The translations under genes were made by a program, and so were the position numbers. The notes under the pieces were generated by a model. The model was not told the DNA's origin and did not search any database. It saw only the letters and a program-made list of their open reading frames with translations. Positions 30,062 to 39,300 of a DNA stretch of 64,000 nucleotides are shown in pieces. How positions within the stretch are numbered: position 1 is the first letter of the stretch; each line of letters begins with the position of its first letter. Source of the stretch: a virus (lineage: Duplodnaviria; Caudoviricetes); IMG/VR virus record IMGVR_UViG_3300009151_000001, positions 1 through 64,000 of that record. One strand, 5' to 3'.

Positions 30062-33000
30062 ATGAAAATAAGAATAACAGGACAGGGTTTAAAGAAAGCT
30101 CAGTTTGGTAATTGGAGACCTCCTCAACAAATTAATCCATCCGATATTAGAAATTCTCAAGAATATAAAGATTCACAAAAAATATCAGATGATATGAATA
30201 TGGCTCCTGACGCTCCTGATGTTTCTAATGATCCTTATTCAGAAAAATCTCGTGAAGAACAATGGAGATCAATGTATCCTAATGCTCCTAAAGAACTAAA
30301 GGGTCCTAGTGGTTCTTATTTAAATCAACCTGAATCAAAAGTAGGATATGTTCCACCCGTACCAAAACAACAAACTTCCAATAATCAAAAAAGTAAAGGA
30401 CTAGGTATGGGTATTTATAATACTTTAGAACTAGGTAATGCTTTTGGAAATCTTATACAACAACCACAAAAACAAAGAGACTGGTATAAAAAGTTTCGCG
30501 ATAGTAATTTAACAGATAATGCATATGCGGTTACACCTGGTAATGAATCAGGTAATAGAGGAGACTATGATATAAATAACGGTATGTTTAGACCTAATGA
30601 GACTGGGTTTAAAAGTAAAGGAATGTACACTAATAACTTTTCTACACCTCAAGCTCAATATGGTTTATCAGTAGAACCAGGTATGGTTGCTCCATCAAGT
30701 TATAGTTCATCAGATCCATTGAGTATGATGAGCGTTAATTATACTCCTGTTGGTACTACTAATTATGGACCTAAACCAGTTAGTTTTAGCGATTTTAAAG
30801 ATGATAAATCTAAAGGTAGTATTAGTGTAAGAAACAACAATCCTGGTAATATGATGTATTCACCATTTACAAAAAAGTTTGGAGCTGAGCCAGGTAGTCC
30901 TAGACCAGATGGAGAACCAGGTAATTACGCTTATTTTCCTGATTTACAACATGGATTACAAGCTCAAAAAGCTTTGTTAACAAATAAAGGATATGCTAAT
31001 CTTGATCTTACACATGCTATAAATAGATGGATAACAGGTGATGTAAATAGACCAGGAGCTTATACAGCTAATACAATAGCGCCATCTTTAGTTCATAAAA
31101 AAGTTGGTGATCTAACTAATGAAGAACTTGATGTAGTTCAAAAAGGTATAGTTAAAAATGAAGATACACATTTATATAAAATTCTTAAACAACAAGGTAT
31201 TTTTGATACCGGAGGTGAAACATCTAATATGAAAATACGTATAACAGCGGGCCCAGACTCTATAGATCATATGGCCTATGGTGGACAAAAAGGATATGGA
31301 TTTGATTTAGGTCAACGTAATACATATTCTAAAATGAATCAAAGTTCTTTTGCTGACGCATCTAACACTATACAAGAAGTTCCTCGTGATGAAGCTAATA
31401 TAGAAGCTGAAAAAGGAGAAACTGTATATGGTGATCTTGATGGTGATGGAATATTAGAACAAAAGATGATTGGGGGTAGACGTCACTCTGAAGGTGGTAC
31501 AGCTCTTAATGTTCCTGAAGGAAGCTTTATATTTTCTGATACTAAAAAGATGAAGATTAAAGATTCTAATATATTAAAATATTTTGGAAAGACATCTGTT
31601 CCAACCGGTGGTATTACTCCAGCTGATATAGCTAAACAATATAACATTACAAAATATAAAGCTATATTACAAGATCCATTATCTGATCCTATTGCTAAGA
31701 AGACCGCTGAGATGATGATCACTAACATGAACGCTAAGTTATCTAAACTAGCTGATGTACAAGAAGGTATGAAAGGATTCCCTCAAGGTCGTCCTAAAGT
31801 AGCTACAGATCAAGAACAAGGATTAGAACAAGCTGCTTATGGTGGATATTTACAAAAGTATCAACTTAAAGGACAAGTAACTGAAGAGTATAGAAAAAGA
31901 CATCCTGAACTTAATGAAGATAGAACGGATAATCCTTTTACTAATATTAATGATGTTACACATCATTGGTCTAAACAAGGATATACTGGTAAACAAGGAG
32001 ATGTACATGATTGGCAAAATTGGATATCTGATCCTACAAAACATAATGAACAATTCAATACTAAGTTTAGTAATTATCTTCATACAGTTCCTCAGACAAA
32101 TCTTGGTCATAAGTTATTTCCTGGTGTAACTAATCCTACAGATGAGCAATTACGTAAAGGTTTTAGAGATGATAAATATGATTTTAGAGCACCTAGTTTT
32201 ATAGCTCCCGGAGAAATAGTACCATCAACTCTTCCAAATCTTGATCAAGGAGAAAGAACAATACCCTTTACACCACTAAAAGATATACCTTGTGTTGGAC
32301 CAGGATGTAATCCATCAAAAGATATACCACATCATGATAAACCTGTTGAAAAACAAAAAAATAGTTATGACACAAATCGTGGTCCTTGGTGGTTACAAGA
32401 TAAGATAAACTTAACTAATGCTACAGCTAACTGGGCTGGTAATAAAAAGTATCTTCCTTATATACCTGATGTATCATTACAACACGCAGCTCCTACATTT
32501 GAAGATTGGAGAGGACAAGCGGGAGCTTTACAATCTGGTTATCAAAATAATGCTAGAGTAAGTGGAATATATGGACCATCTAGCGCTTTAAACTCTAATC
32601 TAAGTTCTTTAGCTGGTCAACAAGCTGAACAATTAGCGGGAGTAATAGGTGGTGTTGGTGCTAAGAATACAGCTACAGCTAATCAGTTTGCTGAATATAA
32701 CACTGGTCTTACTAATTCAGAAGCTGCTCAAAGAGCTCAGAATAGAGCTAAACTTTGGGAAGGTAATGTTATCGCTAATCAACAATATGACAATGCTAAT
32801 AGAGAAGGTAGAACTAACTTTGTTAATGCACTTAACCAAGGATTTACTAATGCAGCTAACACTTATAATGAAAACAGTGTTAATCCTCATTTTGGTGTAG
32901 ATCCTAGTAGTGGTGGTAATATGTATTTTAAAGGAAACAGTGGTAATATCTTTAATCAAAAATATAATAATCAAGGTGGAAATCAAGATTATTTAACAGA

Positions 33001-33202
33001 CTATCATAATGAATATCAAAAAGCTTTAAAAATGTTTAATGATTCACCAAATGATAAAGGTCAAAGAGATCAATTAATTAATCAACATTTAAATAACTGG
33101 TCTAAGATGAATACTGAAAAAGAAAGAGCTACAACAAATGCTTACGGATTACCTAAAGGATATGCTAGATCTAAAAGTGTATATACAGGTAATAATGATT
33201 AA
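30062..33202 (+). CDS. Cargo/ejection protein with RNNNPGN lysozyme-like domain
   Basis: 1046 aa with VRNNNPGN...YAYFPD..HG..A and a crAss-cargo NIEAEKGE...GRRHSEGG...FIFSD module. Confidence 0.65.
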   Translation: MKIRITGQGLKKAQFGNWRPPQQINPSDIRNSQEYKDSQKISDDMNMAPDAPDVSNDPYSEKSREEQWRSMYPNAPKELKGPSGSYLNQPESKVGYVPPVPKQQTSNNQKSKGLGMGIYNTLELGNAFGNLIQQPQKQRDWYKKFRDSNLTDNAYAVTPGNESGNRGDYDINNGMFRPNETGFKSKGMYTNNFSTPQAQYGLSVEPGMVAPSSYSSSDPLSMMSVNYTPVGTTNYGPKPVSFSDFKDDKSKGSISVRNNNPGNMMYSPFTKKFGAEPGSPRPDGEPGNYAYFPDLQHGLQAQKALLTNKGYANLDLTHAINRWITGDVNRPGAYTANTIAPSLVHKKVGDLTNEELDVVQKGIVKNEDTHLYKILKQQGIFDTGGETSNMKIRITAGPDSIDHMAYGGQKGYGFDLGQRNTYSKMNQSSFADASNTIQEVPRDEANIEAEKGETVYGDLDGDGILEQKMIGGRRHSEGGTALNVPEGSFIFSDTKKMKIKDSNILKYFGKTSVPTGGITPADIAKQYNITKYKAILQDPLSDPIAKKTAEMMITNMNAKLSKLADVQEGMKGFPQGRPKVATDQEQGLEQAAYGGYLQKYQLKGQVTEEYRKRHPELNEDRTDNPFTNINDVTHHWSKQGYTGKQGDVHDWQNWISDPTKHNEQFNTKFSNYLHTVPQTNLGHKLFPGVTNPTDEQLRKGFRDDKYDFRAPSFIAPGEIVPSTLPNLDQGERTIPFTPLKDIPCVGPGCNPSKDIPHHDKPVEKQKNSYDTNRGPWWLQDKINLTNATANWAGNKKYLPYIPDVSLQHAAPTFEDWRGQAGALQSGYQNNARVSGIYGPSSALNSNLSSLAGQQAEQLAGVIGGVGAKNTATANQFAEYNTGLTNSEAAQRAQNRAKLWEGNVIANQQYDNANREGRTNFVNALNQGFTNAANTYNENSVNPHFGVDPSSGGNMYFKGNSGNIFNQKYNNQGGNQDYLTDYHNEYQKALKMFNDSPNDKGQRDQLINQHLNNWSKMNTEKERATTNAYGLPKGYARSKSVYTGNND

Positions 33203-33255
33203 ACCTTCCAAGTTTAGTTTTAAACTTTAAAAATTTTTTCTTAATATATAGTATA
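33199..33255 (+). promoter_or_regulatory. 57-nt conserved intergenic element, copy B
   Basis: Matches 20013-20069. It has an extra palindrome AAGTTTA-GTTT-TAAACTT, and its last base is the A of the ATG at 33255. Confidence 0.7.
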
Positions 33256-36200
33256 TGGCAACTTTTTTGAGTGGTATGACCGATGTTAACTCGGCTCCCC
33301 AATTATTTACTCCCGATTATAATTTCTTAAGATATACACTAGGTAAACGTGAACAAAACTATGAACAAGGTTTGAGTCAAGTATCTAGTGCTTATAACTT
33401 TTTAAATAGTGAATTATCTAGTCCTATTAATACAGAACGTAGAAATCAATATTTAAAAAACGCTCAACAACAATTACAAAGTATATCATCATCTGATTTA
33501 TCACAACAACAAAATGTTGCTGCGGCTAATGATGTATTTGCTCCAATGGTTAATGATAAAGCTTTTTTGTTTGACGTCACAGCTACAGCTAATAATAAAA
33601 AACAATTAGCTCAAATGGAAGAATGGAGAGATTCTCCTGATATTGAACAACGTAAAAAATTTAATCAAGATATTTATAATTATGTTAAGTCAGATTTAGA
33701 TAGTCTTAAAAATGACAAAACAGGTGATATATCTAAATATAGATATCAAGGTAAAAAAGCTTATGCTTATACGGATCCTTTAGAAATTTTAGAAAAAGCT
33801 GCAAAAGATCAAGGATTTAAAATAGTAACAGATGTTGATGGCGGTCAGTATATCTATAAGATTACAGATGGTCCTGATCATAAACAAAACTATGAAGAGT
33901 TTGCTAGAAATGTCTTAAGTGGTAATATGGCTTTTCAACAACAAACTGGTATATTAGCTCAAGCTTATGATGAAAGTCTTATTAAAAAAGCTAGACTTAT
34001 TCCGGAAAATATTAATAAAACTGATGATCAGATTCGTAAAGATTATGCTGTAAACAGATTTGATCAGTTAAGAAAAAATAATTTAGATTATTTGAATAAT
34101 CTAAAAAAACCTATGGATACATTAGGTACAGATATAAATACATTTCTTACAGCTAACGAAGAAAAAATAGAAAAACAACTTCCGGGTTGGGAAGATTTAT
34201 ATAAAGAGTTAAATCTAAAACAACAAAAATATGCGTTATTAAAAAAAGAATATGATTTAAACAATTCTTCGTTTACTACCAAGTTTGGAGAACTAGACGC
34301 ATCTGGAGAAGCTGTAGCTAAAAAGAAAGATGACTATGGTAATAACTTTATGAAGAATGCTGTATCTGAATTCTTTAATCAATATTATAATGATGCTGTC
34401 ACTAGATTTTCTAATGTTAGATCTGCTAGTGGATCTAAAGAAATAAAAGAAAACAAAGCTTACTTTGACGCTTATAGAGTGATGAATCAATCACAAAATA
34501 TACTTGATAATTTTATAACTAAAGAACAAGGACTAGCTATTAAACAAGAAGATGAGGCTAGAAAAGAAGAATTACTAAAACTTAAAGAAGCTGAAACATA
34601 TGCTAAGATAAATAAGTTAACTGGAGCTACTGGTACTAAAGGTTCTAATGGTGAGTCAAAAAATGAAAGATTATACTTAGGAACTAGTGCTACACAAATT
34701 GATAAGTTTGACGCATATGAAACTTTAAAAAATAAAGCTCAGTTAGCAGCTAGTAAAAGTTTATCTTTGTTAACAGAACAAGATGGTGGTGTAGTGAATG
34801 TATTATCAAACTGGGGAGTTAATCCTAAATACATTCCTCAGATAAGAGAAGTATTTAAAAAAGCTTATAGTAATGGTCCTGACAAAGATCCTAACGTTAA
34901 ATGGACAACTGCTGATAAAGATGCTATGAACGGAGTATTTTCTGGTATATTAAGTTGGGCTAAAGCTAATGGTAAACAAGCTCTTATAGATGAAATGAGT
35001 AATGAGTATAAAGAGAAAGGCGGTCCTGAAACTTTTGATTTCCATAAAATAATGGATATAGGTATGGCCTCTATAAAATACGGTAATAATGATGAAGTAA
35101 ACAGAAAGTATATTCAACAATGGGAAGATTATAAAAGTTATGCTAGTGAGTTAAAAGCTAATAAAGCTCCTTTTGAAGCTGCAGAAAAAGCTTTAGTTTC
35201 TTCTATAAAAAATAGTAGTAATAATAGTTATAAACAATTATTAAATGATGATAAAACAGGGTTAATAGATGAGTCTACAGTAAAGAGTTGGTTAATAAAA
35301 AATAAAAAATTAATAGAGACTTTTACTGGAAATAATACAAAATTAACTGATGAAGATGTTGAAGATATAGCTAAACGTTACATGACAAATAGTTTAAATT
35401 ATAAAACTGAATCATATGGACATAGTGAAGGATTATTTGCTACTGGAACACATACAAGATATAACATTAATGTAAATAATAAAACTTTAAAAATTCCTGA
35501 AGACATTATAAAAATTCTTCCTAAAGAATATGCTAATTTAAGAAAACAAGCTCAAGATCATGTAGATCTACCAGGAGAAACAATACAATATCTAAAGAAT
35601 AATGCTGCACAAGCTTCACCAGCTTTTTATCCTGGTAAAGCTAATGAACAAGATTATTTAAAGATGTTATCTATTCCTACATTAACTAACTCAATTGTAT
35701 ATCGTGACGGTGTACAAATGGAACCAAAAGAAATAGAAAAAGTAAAGAATGCTTTATTAGATCCAAAAAGAGTTGTTAAAGGTAGTATGGTTATATATCC
35801 TTATAGTCCACAAACTAAAGGAATGGCTGTACAAGTACAGTTAGCTCCGGGTAATCCAAAAGATTTTGATGCTGCAGCTAAAGGTACATTCTTACTTCCT
35901 ATAAGTATAGATAAAACAACACCAGAAAGATTAAAAGTATTTGATATAAGTAATGAAATAAACAGATATCATAATATAGCTAGTAATTCAAATGATGATT
36001 ATCAAACAATACTAAATTATGAAGGACTTGGTATTAAAATACAGATTCAACCTGATGGTAAAGGTAGTCAAAGAGGAAATATAAAATTATTAGTACAAGA
36101 ATACGATCCTATAAAAGGTGTATATAAACAAGAATTTACTCCAGTAGATCTTGAATCAAAAAGTGCTAATAGATATGATATGGAATCAACAACATATGAT

Positions 36201-36338
36201 GATTTTGAAAAAGGTTTAAAATCTCTTGCTCAACAATACATAAGTGACAGATCTCAAAGAGAAGCTACTATTCGTAAAGTAGCCGAAACAAAAAAAACAC
36301 CTATTACTTTTCCAGATTATTTATTTAAAAGAAGATAA
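33255..36338 (+). CDS. Cargo/ejection protein (helical, no Cys seen)
   Basis: 1027 aa with N-terminal FTPDYNFL...DLS...NV.AA..VF.P, located before the giant proteins. Confidence 0.6.
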   Translation: MATFLSGMTDVNSAPQLFTPDYNFLRYTLGKREQNYEQGLSQVSSAYNFLNSELSSPINTERRNQYLKNAQQQLQSISSSDLSQQQNVAAANDVFAPMVNDKAFLFDVTATANNKKQLAQMEEWRDSPDIEQRKKFNQDIYNYVKSDLDSLKNDKTGDISKYRYQGKKAYAYTDPLEILEKAAKDQGFKIVTDVDGGQYIYKITDGPDHKQNYEEFARNVLSGNMAFQQQTGILAQAYDESLIKKARLIPENINKTDDQIRKDYAVNRFDQLRKNNLDYLNNLKKPMDTLGTDINTFLTANEEKIEKQLPGWEDLYKELNLKQQKYALLKKEYDLNNSSFTTKFGELDASGEAVAKKKDDYGNNFMKNAVSEFFNQYYNDAVTRFSNVRSASGSKEIKENKAYFDAYRVMNQSQNILDNFITKEQGLAIKQEDEARKEELLKLKEAETYAKINKLTGATGTKGSNGESKNERLYLGTSATQIDKFDAYETLKNKAQLAASKSLSLLTEQDGGVVNVLSNWGVNPKYIPQIREVFKKAYSNGPDKDPNVKWTTADKDAMNGVFSGILSWAKANGKQALIDEMSNEYKEKGGPETFDFHKIMDIGMASIKYGNNDEVNRKYIQQWEDYKSYASELKANKAPFEAAEKALVSSIKNSSNNSYKQLLNDDKTGLIDESTVKSWLIKNKKLIETFTGNNTKLTDEDVEDIAKRYMTNSLNYKTESYGHSEGLFATGTHTRYNINVNNKTLKIPEDIIKILPKEYANLRKQAQDHVDLPGETIQYLKNNAAQASPAFYPGKANEQDYLKMLSIPTLTNSIVYRDGVQMEPKEIEKVKNALLDPKRVVKGSMVIYPYSPQTKGMAVQVQLAPGNPKDFDAAAKGTFLLPISIDKTTPERLKVFDISNEINRYHNIASNSNDDYQTILNYEGLGIKIQIQPDGKGSQRGNIKLLVQEYDPIKGVYKQEFTPVDLESKSANRYDMESTTYDDFEKGLKSLAQQYISDRSQREATIRKVAETKKTPITFPDYLFKRR

Positions 36339-36346
36339 TTTTCATT

Positions 36347-39300
36347 ATGCCAGATACATTAAACATACTTCCAACCCCGGATACATCAGCTGCTGATTTA
36401 CAATTATCAGAACAGAGATATAATGATATGGAAAATAGAAACATAGAAAGTCAAAGAAATGATATATCTTCTATGTTTCATACTGATACACCAGTTAGTT
36501 TGGTAAATGGTCAAACTATAAATGATCTTATTAATCAAATAGATGCTATACAAGCTAAAACTAAAAATTTAGCTAATAATATAAATATAAATCTTAATAC
36601 ACCTAAACAACAACCGGTTTTTGATATATCTAAAGCTGCTTCTCAAATATTAGGATCTTTAAATAATAATCCAGAAACAACGTTTAATAAACAAAAACAA
36701 CTGGTAAGTCTTGGATCAGGAGAAGATCTTGATAGATATAAACAAAGTGATTATTATAATGTCTTTGGTTATAATCCATATATAGGAAAAGAACAAGAAT
36801 TTAGATATGGTGAAGCTATGACTATAGGTGATGTTCTTAAAAAAGCCGGTGGTGGTGCTATGAACTTAGCTTTACAAACTGGTTGGGAAGGTGTAAAAGG
36901 AACTGGAAGAATACTAGATTCTTTAATATCATTAGATCTATCTAAACTACATGGTAGTCCTGAAGAGTTATATCAGATGGCTGAAGATCAACAAAAAATC
37001 TTTGATAAATACGCTATATATGATACAGCTGAATCAGCTCAAGGTGGTCTGTTTAATAGACAGTTCTTTGGTAACATGTTACAACAAGCGGGATTTGCTA
37101 TAGGAGCTGGAGCAGAGATGTGGTTAGAAGGTGTTATAACAGGTGGTATAGCTGATTTCTTTTTAGCTCCTGAATATGGACTTTTAGCTTCTAAAATGGT
37201 AGGTAGACTTGGTGAAACTGATGAAGCTATTCGCGTTGCAGCTGGTCTTACTGAAAGAACGAGTACAATAGATAAAGCTAATAAAACATTTAACAAGATA
37301 GGTAAAATGTTTACTGCTGATGAAGCTATCAATGATATGCGTAAGATGAGTCAGCAAGTAACAGAAGCTAGTGGTATAAGTAAAAAAATAGGAGAGTTTG
37401 GAAAAAGCTTAGTTCCTTTATATGGTACTGCTGAAAACTTAATAAAACTTAATAAAGCTGGAGCTGGTGGATTACAGTTAGCTGTAGAAGGTATAGGTGG
37501 TATACATAGAGCTTTGAGTGAGATTAATATGGCTCGTTCAGAATCTATATTTGAATCCGCTTCTACATATAAACAACTACATGATAAATTAGTAAAAGAT
37601 TATATAGATGCTAATGGACAAGCTCCACAAGGAGCTGAACTAGAAAGAATAAAAAAACTTTCTGAAAACGCTTCTTCAGATAACTTCTGGGTTAATATGG
37701 GAGTGTTATCTGTTATGAATAGAATGCAGTTTAGTAATATGTTTAAAACATTTGACGGATCTCGTTCTATATTTAGTGAAGGTGTTCATTCTTTAGAAGA
37801 TCAAGCTTTTGAGGTAACTGGCAAGATAGCTGGTAAAACTGAAAAAAGAGCTTTTGTTAAAAGTCCTTATTTTGGTAAACTAGCTGCTATAGGTGAAATA
37901 GCTCAAGAGTTTGGTGGTAAAACAGCGGCTTGGGAAGCTACTAAAACTGTTGGTGGTAGAATGTTTAAGATGGAAGGGTTAGAAGGTTTACAAGAAATGA
38001 TACAAAACGCTTCTGACAAAGGTCTTGAAGATTATTATTACGATCTTTATCATTCACAGAAAGGATATGGTACAACATATCTTGGTAATGTAATGAGTAA
38101 GTATGATAAAATACAAAATGGTTTTGTTGATCAAATACCTTTTATTGGTAAAGATGGAGTAGAAGGTCTTAAAACTTTTGTAATGGGTGCTTATACAGGA
38201 GCGCTTCTTTCTCCTATGTATAAAATTATTGGTATTACAAATCAAAGATTTCAAGATAGAAAACAACTTAAAAATGATCCTACATATAAAACAGCTCAAC
38301 AAAGAGCTAAAGAAAGTGTAGATCTTGTTAATGCTTTTTACACAGGTGATAAAACAGCTTTTAAAAAAGAATGGATTGCTAGTGTAAAAGTACAAAATAA
38401 AGCTGCAGAAACAATGGAAGAAGCAGCTAAGAACCACGATAAATATGTTTTCTATAACGCTAAAGATTCAGCTTTTAATAAGATGGTTGAAGCGTCAATC
38501 AAACTTAATATGTTTGATTCTGTAAGAGATCATATAAAAGAAATGGGGGCAGCTCTAAAAGATGATGAAGAGTTTAAACAAGCTTATGGTATGGAAGCTA
38601 CCAAACAAAACCGTGGAAACGTAAAAGCTTTCATGGATAAAGTAGCTAATGATCTAGAAGACTATCATTCTTTACGTACTCAACTTATAGATAAATATGC
38701 TGACTTAGTAATGCCAGAGTTATATAGAAACAATGGTAAAGAAGTATATGAAAATATGAAAATAGCTCAAAGCGCTGTCTTTGATGCTATAGATATATTA
38801 ACTTTTAATATTCAAAAATCTAGACAATCTGTTTTAAGAGCTGAAAGTATTAGAAAAGATTTAGCTTCTATAAAAAGTATAGGAGCCTCAAGTAATAATA
38901 TATTGATTAAAGCTGGTAATCCAACCTCAATAAAAGATTCTATTAATATATTACAAGATGAGATAAAAGGAATGACTATTCCAAATACTACATTATCTGG
39001 AGAACAAAGAACACTACTATCTAAAAAACAAGAAGAACTAAATCTTCTTAGAAAGTGGGAGAACGTACACTATGATGTGATGACTGGTGAGTATGATAGT
39101 TATACTCCTGATATCTTAAAAAAAGAAGCATATGGTGTATTTAAAGATCTTACTAATTTTTACAACAAACAGAATAAAAATCTGTCTACTATATCTACAC
39201 AAGATTCTGAAAATGCTTTTATTGGTGTATTAGATCACATGAAACTTAATAGAGATGAGAAATCTTATATTGATGCTGTAAACCTTTTAGCTGATCCTAG

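Noticed and set aside
31211-31216. GGAGGT as a Shine-Dalgarno for the internal ATG at 31229
   Set aside because: It simply encodes the Gly-Gly motif, the spacing is 12 nt, and other genes here lack SD sequences.
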